Below, one piece after another: positions 57,137-64,000 of a DNA stretch of 64,000 nucleotides. The translations under genes and the position numbers were made by a program. This DNA is from Desulfobacterales bacterium (GTDB lineage: Bacteria > Desulfobacterota > Desulfobacteria > Desulfobacterales > UBA11574). The stretch lies in NCBI GenBank assembly GCA_030145345.1, contig JAQYVT010000002.1, forward strand, positions 11,095 to 75,094. Reading direction: 5' to 3'. A model generated the notes under the pieces. It was not told the origin of the DNA and did not search any database. It was given only the letters and a program-made list of their open reading frames with translations. Each line of letters begins with the position of its first letter. Position 1 is the first letter of the stretch.

Positions 57137-57548
57137 TCAAGGTGGCAAGGGTTTGTTTTCTAAAGGCTTTATCAGCGCCTTTAACATTCTTTCGATTTCT
57201 GCGATGTCTTTTTTGAGTGTACCCAATTCACCTTTTTCAATTCAATCTAAATCCCTTGCTAATAATATCTGTGTTTTCAATTCGCAAACAGAACCATAAG
57301 ATATGTAAAGGCTCCGAATGTCCATGGTTGTCTTTCTTCCATATCCTTCTGTTTACCCTGTTAAATAAGATTTTAATTCAACGCACTATTTAACAGGGCA
57401 GGTACTATAGGGATAGGACAGATCTTCTTATCTGCGAAGGTAGACCGTATCTTTTTTCTTTTGGAAATTTTCCTGTTATTCTGTATATCTCCAAACAGAG
57501 TTCATATGGCTTTTGCCAGACTTTCAACTCTTTGTAATTTTTTAGCAT
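57137..57548 (-). pseudogene. Disrupted four-helix-bundle protein gene (23S rRNA intervening-sequence protein family)
   Basis: The N-terminal part is MLKNYKELKVWQKPYELCLEIYRITGKFPKEKRYGLPSQIRRS. A 43-bp palindrome replaces the expected AAVSIPSNIAEG segment. The frame resumes with EGYGRKTTMDIRSLYISYGSVCELKTQILLARDLD, then an in-frame TGA, then IEKGELGTLKKDIAEIERMLKALIKPLENK. Confidence 0.75.
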
Positions 57549-57666
57549 TTCACTCGACCCCTTGACCCCTTGAACCCTTGAACCCTCTGGGATCACACCG
57601 GCTCAATTGGAGATGATCCCCTTTTTTTAACATCCCGGTGGCGCTTCATTGGATGAAATATTCGGG

Positions 57667-58389
57667 CTATAGCACCTTGCCCAAAAAGCTTCTGGTACGC
57701 TCGTTTTGGGGATTAGAAAAAATATTTTCAGGGGTGTTCTCTTCTACGATAAGCCCCTCATCCATAAAAATCACCCGCTGTGCCACCTCACGGGCAAAGC
57801 CCATTTCATGTGAAACGACCACCATCGTCATTCCATCAACGACAAGGGCTTTCATGACTTCCAGAACCTCACCGACCAGTTCCGGATCCAGGGCGCTGGT
57901 GGGTTCGTCGAACAGCATGGCCTTGGGGGTGAGCGCCAGGGACCGGGCGATGGCGACCCGCTGTTTTTGTCCGCCGCTCAGTTGGTCGGGATAGACATGG
58001 GCCTTGTCTTCGAGGTCCACCTTCCGCAAGAGTTCAAGGCCCAGTTTTTTCGCTTTCTTCTTGGGCATTTTTCTTACTTTAATAGGGCCCAGCGTAACGT
58101 TCTCCATGGCGGTCATGTGCGGAAAAAGATTGAACTGCTGGAAGACCATTCCGACTTCCGTGCGGATGAAGTTGATATCCGTATCTTTGTCTTTAAGATT
58201 CAGACCGTCCACGATGACCGTCCCCGACGATATGTCTTCCAGAAGGTTGATGCATCTGAGAAGCGTGCTCTTGCCGGAGCCGCTCGGACCGATGATGACC
58301 ACCACTTCCCCCGATCTGATGTGAAGATCGATTCCTTTTAACACCTCCAACGGTCCGAAGCTTTTATGCAACCCCTCAATTCTGATCAT
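57667..58389 (-). CDS. Polar amino-acid ABC ATP-binding protein (GlnQ-like)
   Basis: 240 aa with [24 protein letters not shown] and [10 protein letters not shown]. Confidence 0.9.
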   Translation of the reverse strand: MIRIEGLHKSFGPLEVLKGIDLHIRSGEVVVIIGPSGSGKSTLLRCINLLEDISSGTVIVDGLNLKDKDTDINFIRTEVGMVFQQFNLFPHMTAMENVTLGPIKVRKMPKKKAKKLGLELLRKVDLEDKAHVYPDQLSGGQKQRVAIARSLALTPKAMLFDEPTSALDPELVGEVLEVMKALVVDGMTMVVVSHEMGFAREVAQRVIFMDEGLIVEENTPENIFSNPQNERTRSFLGKVL

Positions 58390-59066
58390 GCGGCGATCTC
58401 CAGCTTTTTCTCTAGGGTGTTCAGCATTCTTGAAATAACCATGGTCATCGCCAGATAAATGACGGCCACGGTCAACCAGACCTCGAAGGCCCGAAAATTA
58501 ACCGCGATGATCTCTTGGCCTTGTCGTGTCAATTCACCGACACCGATAACCACCAGCAAAGACGTATCCTTGAGGCTGATGATGAATTGGTTCCCGAGGG
58601 GCGGAATCATCCGTTTGAACGCCTGGGGCCAGATGATGTATATCAGCGCCTGAAAATGGGTCAATCCGATGGAACGCCCCGCTTCCACCTGTCCCTTGTC
58701 GATGGACTGGATGGCTCCGCGGACGATCTCCGCAATATAGGCTCCGGCATTAACCGCAATGGCCGTCACGCCTGCAGTCAGGGGGGGAACCCGCATACCG
58801 AGGGCCAGCGGCAGCCCAAAATAAAGGAACATAACTTGAACCATCAGCGGAGTGCCTCTGACACTCTCGATATAGACTCCGGCGAGTTTGTTGATGAAAA
58901 TATTCCTGGAGGTTTTCCCCAGGCCGGCTGCACTTCCCAGAAGGAACCCGAAAATCAGTCCGAAAAAAGTGATCAGGATCGTTAGCTTGACGCCGGTCAT
59001 CAAAACCGGAATCGATTCCCACATTACGCTGTATTTGAATTGAAAATTTCCGCCCATTGAATCCAT
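58386..59066 (-). CDS. Polar amino-acid ABC permease (GlnP/HisM-like)
   Basis: 226 aa with [19 protein letters not shown] and the EAA loop [35 protein letters not shown]. It overlaps the ATPase start by 4 nt. Confidence 0.9.
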   Translation of the reverse strand: MDSMGGNFQFKYSVMWESIPVLMTGVKLTILITFFGLIFGFLLGSAAGLGKTSRNIFINKLAGVYIESVRGTPLMVQVMFLYFGLPLALGMRVPPLTAGVTAIAVNAGAYIAEIVRGAIQSIDKGQVEAGRSIGLTHFQALIYIIWPQAFKRMIPPLGNQFIISLKDTSLLVVIGVGELTRQGQEIIAVNFRAFEVWLTVAVIYLAMTMVISRMLNTLEKKLEIAA

Positions 59067-59185
59067 CCGATCGATCCGGCAAATTCATGCAGGATTCTTG
59101 CTTTAAGCGTTAAAACCGGCGTACACCCGAAAGAGAAAAAACGGGTCTTGCGGCCCACTCATCGTGTCTTGCCGGTTGTTTGGAA

Positions 59186-59475
59186 CCCTAAATGAGCGAA
59201 AGTCGAGGATGCCCCAGATTTGAGGCATCAAGGGCGAAGCCGTGGTCGTCTACTGCGAGCCCTTGACCCGCCTGCCAAAGTCTTGTACGGCGGGCAGGTA
59301 ACAAAGAAGATGGGGTATCATCGGCTTTTCTGAAAGGCAAACAAAATGGAATTTTTTTAAATAAATTTATATCTCATTTATAGAAACGTTATGAAAATGC
59401 ATCTAAATTCACTAAAATGCATGACAAATCGAACACATATAATATTTTTCCCATTTTGTTAACGATCAATCAGGG
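59186..59475 (+). repeat. Family-B element, long 290-bp variant (B5)
   Basis: The left end is CCCTAAATGAGCGAAAGTCGAGGATGCCCCAGAT. An inner arm is GGGGTATCATCGGCTTTTC. An AT-rich module follows, then the right end TTTTCCCATTTTGTTAACGATCAATCAGGG. It sits between the permease and SBP genes of one ABC operon. Confidence 0.75.
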
Positions 59476-59540
59476 TAGAAATCAAATGCCCCCCTTCTGG
59501 ATTCTTACTTCAAAATAGGGGGATAAATAGCGATCAATTT

Positions 59541-60281
59541 TTACTTGGGCTCGGTTCCGAACCATTTCTTGTAAATTTTGTTGTAGGTTCCGTCTTCCAT
59601 GAATTTGAGGATGGTAATGGTGACCTTCTCTCGCAATTGGCTTCCCTGTGGAAAGGCGATTCCGTAAGACTGCCCCTGGTACAGCGGCCCCACCGTTTTT
59701 ACCATGCCCTTGCCTTCAGTTTTGATATACCATAAAATAGCCGGCGAATCGAAAATGACCGCATCGGCACCGCCGGTTCGCAGCTCCATGTAGGCACCGA
59801 CGATATTGGGGAAAAGCTTCACCTCTTTGGATTTGAACTTCTTGGCAAAGTCGGCGCTGGTGGTGCCCAACTTGGTGGCAACCACTTTATCGCCGAGGTC
59901 TTCAATACCGCTGATTTTTTGTTCCTTGGATCGCACCATTAAAAACAGCCCGGCATCATAATACGGGTAGGCGAAATCGACGACCTCTTCCCGTTTCGAT
60001 TTGACGGTCATCCCGGCGATGGCAGCATCGATGTTTCCTGTCTGCAAGGCCGGGATCAAGCCGTTGAAATCCATCGGCTGAAGCTTATACGTCAGATTGA
60101 GATCCTTGGCAATGGCATCCCAGAAATCGATATCGAACCCGACATATTTCCCCTCCTGTTTGAATTCAAAGGGCATAAAATTGGTGTCGCAGCCCACAAC
60201 CAGGGTCTTTGCATGGCCCATTCCGGTAACCGTCAACAATATCAGTGCGGTAATGAAAAAAAATTTCGCTGTCTTCATCAT
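59541..60281 (-). CDS. Polar amino-acid ABC substrate-binding protein (GlnH-like)
   Basis: 246 aa with a signal peptide, GCDTNFMPFEF, GFDIDFWDAIAKDL and DAAIAGMTVKSKREE. Confidence 0.9.
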   Translation of the reverse strand: MMKTAKFFFITALILLTVTGMGHAKTLVVGCDTNFMPFEFKQEGKYVGFDIDFWDAIAKDLNLTYKLQPMDFNGLIPALQTGNIDAAIAGMTVKSKREEVVDFAYPYYDAGLFLMVRSKEQKISGIEDLGDKVVATKLGTTSADFAKKFKSKEVKLFPNIVGAYMELRTGGADAVIFDSPAILWYIKTEGKGMVKTVGPLYQGQSYGIAFPQGSQLREKVTITILKFMEDGTYNKIYKKWFGTEPK

Positions 60282-60609
60282 TTTTACCTCCTTTTGGGTG
60301 TGTCAAGGTTGCAATCCGCCCGCTCAGTCTCAATGGTCCATGTATGAAAAAAGGAAATGCCGCTGCACGATCTGCCCGGGGAAACTTAACAACGATGGTT
60401 TGTGAACAGGCTTATTGACAAGCGTTCAATTAAACTGAGCATTCAAGGCGAATAATTTATGGTATAGAAGCCATTTACATTTAAGTAATTGAAGTCGGAA
60501 TTGTTTGTCAAGAGTCATATTTTTCCAGGTTTTCAATTTTTCAGAAATTTTGAGCAGCCCCGTCTCTCCCACCAGAGCCGGTTTTCATTGAAACCCAAAT
60601 TATCGAACC

Positions 60610-62550
60610 CTATTTACTACCCCCTTGAATCAAGCCATTTTTTTTAAGATCTTGCACCAAATCGGACATCCCGAGTCTCTCAAGGGTTTCAGCCTTCTGG
60701 AGACCCGACTCGGCATCCCAGCCTCTCAGTTCGTAAAATTCCCTTCGCATCGTATCGAATACCTTCCGGTCCAGGGTTTGGCCTTTTCTGCTGATCACGT
60801 CCTCCCCGGGTCCGGGGACGATCACATCCGGATTCATAAAAACCGTTTCAACCGGTTCCGTATAATTGAATTCTTCGAGAACATCATCCTGTTTGGGATG
60901 CCGGCCTTCTCTCAAAAGAATCCCCCGCTGGAGATTGAATATTCGTTCGCCGAATCGATTCAGCCGGGCTTCATCCGTCTCAACGCCGGTAACAGCGGAA
61001 AATATTTGCCGTTCCAGATCTGAATCGCCGACCCGATCCGGCGTATTCCAGGAAACCATCATCGGCCAACAGGAATCGCACAGCAAAAGACTGTCTTTGA
61101 CGTAGGTACGATCCATTATTTTAACCGCCGCCGCGGCTTTTCCTTCATGGGTATTTAGATCCCACGCCTTGTCATGGCCCCAGAATTTTTTCGCAGCCGC
61201 CCGAAACACCTCGGATGTCACCGGTGAGGATTTGGGATCGGCCCGATTCATGACCCACAATCCGGTTATCCAGCTTATTTCGTGAAGCATCGCTATGGGC
61301 TGTCGGGGTTCAAAAGCGTACAACAAACCGTTCATCAGGTATTCCCGGGCGGAATATGTGGCGCCGTCCCCCACGCCGGACACCTCGTTTGAAAAATGCG
61401 CTTTGGCGTCATCGCCGAGCTTTTCCCCGGTTCGAAGAAGACCTTCGGCCAAAATATTGCCGAATCCTTCTCGACGCGCGATCCTATTGGCGAAGTTTTC
61501 AAAAAATTCATGGGTACCCAGTTTTGAAATATCGAGCCCGGTCTCTTTGTCTGTCAGGTATCCTGACTGATAACACGCATCCATCCATTGAAGGATATTC
61601 TGCATTTCCATGGTACAGATGGACAGATCATTGCATATGCCGGTGGCATCCACAGCGGTCTCCGTCGACTCTCCCGGCCTTCTAAAAACCCAAGGCAGAT
61701 AAACGAACATGGATTGGCATTTTCTGACAACATCTTTCCCGGAGGCCGTTCGATAAGCATTTCTATATTTACAATCCAAACCGCATTGATAACAGGACGA
61801 TTTTCCGGTTCGACGAACCTGTTCTTCAGGAAACGGGACCGACAGCGGGTCACGCTGGTTCAAACGGACGGCCAGGTGATTGAGCGCTTTCAATTCTTCG
61901 GGCTTTGCCACCAACGGACGTCCCGAACCCAATACCGCAACGGCCTTAAGGTTTTTTGATCCCATTACCCCACCGAACCCACCAGTGGCGCTCCCTTCAT
62001 TATCTGTCATCAGGTTGGCGTTCCGGCACATATTTTCACCGGCGACCCCCGTGGTAACAAATCGAACATTTTTCCCATGGGTCTGTTTTAAGATATCTCG
62101 AACATCATACACACCCTTTCCCCAAAGCAAAGACGCATCTAAAATTTGGGGTTTCCCGTCATGGATCCAGATATAAACCGGCTTTTCAGATCGTCCTGAG
62201 ATGACAATACCGTCGTAGCCGGCCCTTTTTAAGTCGGGCCCGAAAAATCCGCCAAGGTTCCCGTAACAGAACCCTTCGGGCATCCGCATGGGGGATTTTC
62301 CCACCACCTCAAACCGGGAGGCACCTTGTACGCCGGTGGCACCCAGAGGACCCGTCATGAGAATCAGGCGATTTTCCGGATCGAACGCACCCACCTCAGG
62401 TCCGACGTCCTCCCAATAAATCCGTGTGGCAATTCCGCGTCCGCCGAGAAAACGGTCTGCATAGTCCAGGGTGTTCAGTTCGCTGATTCCCAGATCGGAA
62501 AGGTCTATTTTAAGTATTTTCCCGCACCAGCCAAATAAGTCAGCATTCAT
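60610..62550 (-). CDS. Aldehyde:ferredoxin oxidoreductase family (tungsten/molybdopterin) enzyme
   Basis: 646 aa. The AOR N-domain starts GKILKIDLS...LGGRGIATRIYW. The text also shows GATGVQGASRFEV, a Cys cluster CYQCGLDC and the large C-terminal AOR domains. Confidence 0.88.
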   Translation of the reverse strand: MNADLFGWCGKILKIDLSDLGISELNTLDYADRFLGGRGIATRIYWEDVGPEVGAFDPENRLILMTGPLGATGVQGASRFEVVGKSPMRMPEGFCYGNLGGFFGPDLKRAGYDGIVISGRSEKPVYIWIHDGKPQILDASLLWGKGVYDVRDILKQTHGKNVRFVTTGVAGENMCRNANLMTDNEGSATGGFGGVMGSKNLKAVAVLGSGRPLVAKPEELKALNHLAVRLNQRDPLSVPFPEEQVRRTGKSSCYQCGLDCKYRNAYRTASGKDVVRKCQSMFVYLPWVFRRPGESTETAVDATGICNDLSICTMEMQNILQWMDACYQSGYLTDKETGLDISKLGTHEFFENFANRIARREGFGNILAEGLLRTGEKLGDDAKAHFSNEVSGVGDGATYSAREYLMNGLLYAFEPRQPIAMLHEISWITGLWVMNRADPKSSPVTSEVFRAAAKKFWGHDKAWDLNTHEGKAAAAVKIMDRTYVKDSLLLCDSCWPMMVSWNTPDRVGDSDLERQIFSAVTGVETDEARLNRFGERIFNLQRGILLREGRHPKQDDVLEEFNYTEPVETVFMNPDVIVPGPGEDVISRKGQTLDRKVFDTMRREFYELRGWDAESGLQKAETLERLGMSDLVQDLKKNGLIQGGSK

Positions 62551-62612
62551 TGTTTCCTCCGCTTGGTTCAGTTACGCTTAATACAGAGTGAACCCATTTG
62601 ATTTCGGTACAG

Positions 62613-62952
62613 CGAAGCGACGGCGTGTTTCTCTTGGAAACCGAGTGGCTGTTTGAAGGGCTTTAGCACCCGTTGGACCGAGCCGTGTCAACGACCACCC
62701 GTAAAACGGGTGGCTTGAATTTGTCCGCTTTTTTTGGCGGACAAAAGCAAAAGCACGTCAGTGCTTTAATCGTTGCCTTTGCTACCGGGTGCAACGCACC
62801 CGGTTTTTGGCAAAAATGAAATAATAGTTAAAAATATCCATCTATCTTTTTATTGACGAATGGTTCTTTATAACCCTGGCACGGCTCGGGCTTACGGGTG
62901 CTTAAGCACAAGTTCCAGTCGGTTGGAAAGAGATATGCGCCGTCGTGGAGCG
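62613..62952. repeat. Large imperfect inverted repeat (two ~80-bp arms) enclosing a hairpin-rich 180-bp core (family D)
   Basis: The arm at 62613-62690 is about 75 percent identical by eye to the reverse complement of the arm at 62878-62952. Examples are CTTTAGCACCCGTTGGACCGAGCCGTG versus the reverse complement of CACGGCTCGGGCTTACGGGTGCTTAAG. Confidence 0.55.
62784..62808 (+). terminator. Strong terminator-like hairpin on the plus strand inside the family-D core
   Basis: ACCGGGTGC-AAC-GCACCCGGT followed by TTTTT. No plus-strand gene lies upstream of it. Confidence 0.45.
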
Positions 62953-63130
62953 TTCTCTACTGGGATTCAAATTCGTTTGCCCTGCACAAAAGAACAGCCC
63001 TCTTTTATTGTACCAATGGTTATGTTAAGATATTTATTACCTGAATTTTGAACGATTCGGGTATTGTATCGTTTAGCAGAATATTTCACAACGATATTAT
63101 TCAAACATCACCACCCTGCCCCGGCAAAAC

Positions 63131-63697
63131 TTGAGGAAGCTTTCGCAGTTTAAACAAGCGGGGAAATATGAAATGAAAAACATTCTCTTCACCGGCCCGC
63201 CAAGATGCGGGAAATCGACCCTCATCGAAAAAATCGTTCAAAAAATCGATATCCCTGCATCCGGTTTTTTTACCCGGGAAATTCGGGAAAAGGGCCGGCG
63301 GGTGGGATTTTCCATCAACACATTGGATCAGAAGCAAGGCGTCCTGGCGCATCTGCGGGTCAAGAGCCCCTGGCGGGTCGGGAAATACGGCGTTAATCTG
63401 GCAGATATCGATCAAATCGCAGTTCCCTCCATGATGCCCGCGACATCTAACAGCCTGATCGTGATCGATGAGATCGGTAAGATGGAATGCTTCTCGGAAC
63501 TGTTCAAAAAAACCCTGGTAAGGGCTCTCGATTCGGATCACCCGGTGATGGGATCCATTGCCGTGAAAGGGAATCGGTTTATCCAAAAAATCAAAGAACG
63601 GCCGGACGTTCTGCTGGTAACGGTGACCCTAAAAAATCGCGACCAATTGGCCCATCGGTATCAGACCGCCGTCGATCGGAAGATAGGGGCGCTGTGA
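63131..63697 (+). CDS. THEP1-type nucleoside-triphosphatase (NTPase_1 family)
   Basis: MKNILFTGPPRCGKSTLIEKIV (P-loop), GFFTREIREKGRRVGF and Walker B LIVIDEIGKME. The likely true start is ATG 63173. Confidence 0.8.
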   Translation: MRKLSQFKQAGKYEMKNILFTGPPRCGKSTLIEKIVQKIDIPASGFFTREIREKGRRVGFSINTLDQKQGVLAHLRVKSPWRVGKYGVNLADIDQIAVPSMMPATSNSLIVIDEIGKMECFSELFKKTLVRALDSDHPVMGSIAVKGNRFIQKIKERPDVLLVTVTLKNRDQLAHRYQTAVDRKIGAL

Positions 63698-63745
63698 CCG
63701 GGATCGGAAAATGACAACCTAACGTTTAAAAGGAGTCATGTTGCC

Positions 63746-63940
63746 ATGGATTCGCTGGAGATACTCGAGAACAGGCTTAAAAAACTCGAAAGGAAAATCG
63801 AGGAAGCCAAACTGCACCTGCCGGCGCACTCCATAAAACCGCCGGTGATGATGACACTCCTCGACCTTGAAGATGAGCGGGATGCTATCATGGAAGAAAT
63901 CGATTCCATCCGAAGAAAAATGCATAAACAGGGTGATTGA
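63746..63940 (+). CDS. Small coiled-coil hypothetical protein (64 aa)
   Basis: An AAAGGAG SD lies 10 nt upstream, and the gene starts 49 nt after the NTPase gene. The content is helical and charged. The opposite-strand ORF 63719..63949 is a less plausible alternative. Confidence 0.45.
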   Translation: MDSLEILENRLKKLERKIEEAKLHLPAHSIKPPVMMTLLDLEDERDAIMEEIDSIRRKMHKQGD

Positions 63941-64000
63941 AAGTTTCAATTATGGCCACTCACCTTTTGTGATTTGGGTATCGAAATGAAGGTGACCTGA

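Noticed and set aside
62551-62700. A possible Moco/Tuco riboswitch in the 5' leader of the tungsten-type AOR gene.
   Set aside because: Fragments such as GGAAAC and CCGAGCC occur, but on the plus strand, which is antisense to the AOR leader. I could not assemble the conserved multi-stem junction from memory. The region is better explained as one arm of the large inverted repeat. An Rfam RF01055 covariance-model scan would settle it.

Overview
The window is a 64-kb chromosomal segment. Its gene content suggests an anaerobic, sulfate-reducer-type Desulfobacterota (deltaproteobacterial) genome; this is inference only, as I ran no search. The supporting content is a radical-SAM/hemB/radical-SAM alternative-haem cluster, a PPi-dependent phosphofructokinase, a tungsten-type aldehyde:ferredoxin oxidoreductase, an in-frame-UGA glutaredoxin-like gene, and a Liv-type ABC operon with embedded acyl-CoA ligases.

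I can support about 55 protein genes and one tRNA-Arg(TCT). I see no rRNA, CRISPR array, transposase or integrase. Most genes are housekeeping or transport:
- rpoH
- NupC-family and MFS transporters
- HPr and Enzyme I
- smpB
- a ClpX paralogue
- hemB
- three polar-amino-acid ABC sets
- an RND efflux triplet
- an AlaA-like aminotransferase
- a LysE-family exporter
- an aldehyde:ferredoxin oxidoreductase

The signals most worth a second look are ones the ORF track does not show:
1. A 35-codon ORF with seven consecutive Ala codons, followed by two tandem intrinsic terminators, sits immediately upstream of the alanine-aminotransferase-like gene. This is a candidate alanine-sensing leader-peptide attenuator.
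2. A 72-codon glutaredoxin-like gene has TGA at the active-site Cys position. This is a candidate selenoprotein.
3. A tight minus-strand operon encodes a small Cys/His protein, a YpsA-type SLOG protein, a tandem HD-GYP protein and a CysZ/EI24-like membrane protein.
4. A ClpX paralogue lacks the zinc-finger domain but keeps the GYVG and IGF motifs, and lies next to the haem genes.
5. At least four families of MITE-like or palindromic intergenic repeats are present, and one shows hairpin-preserving sequence replacement between copies.
6. A small accessory islet at about 53.5-57.6 kb holds an EF-hand/isochorismatase fusion, a TerB protein, a PilZ-like protein and a decayed four-helix-bundle gene.

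All functional calls come from motif recognition by eye. Nothing was run.
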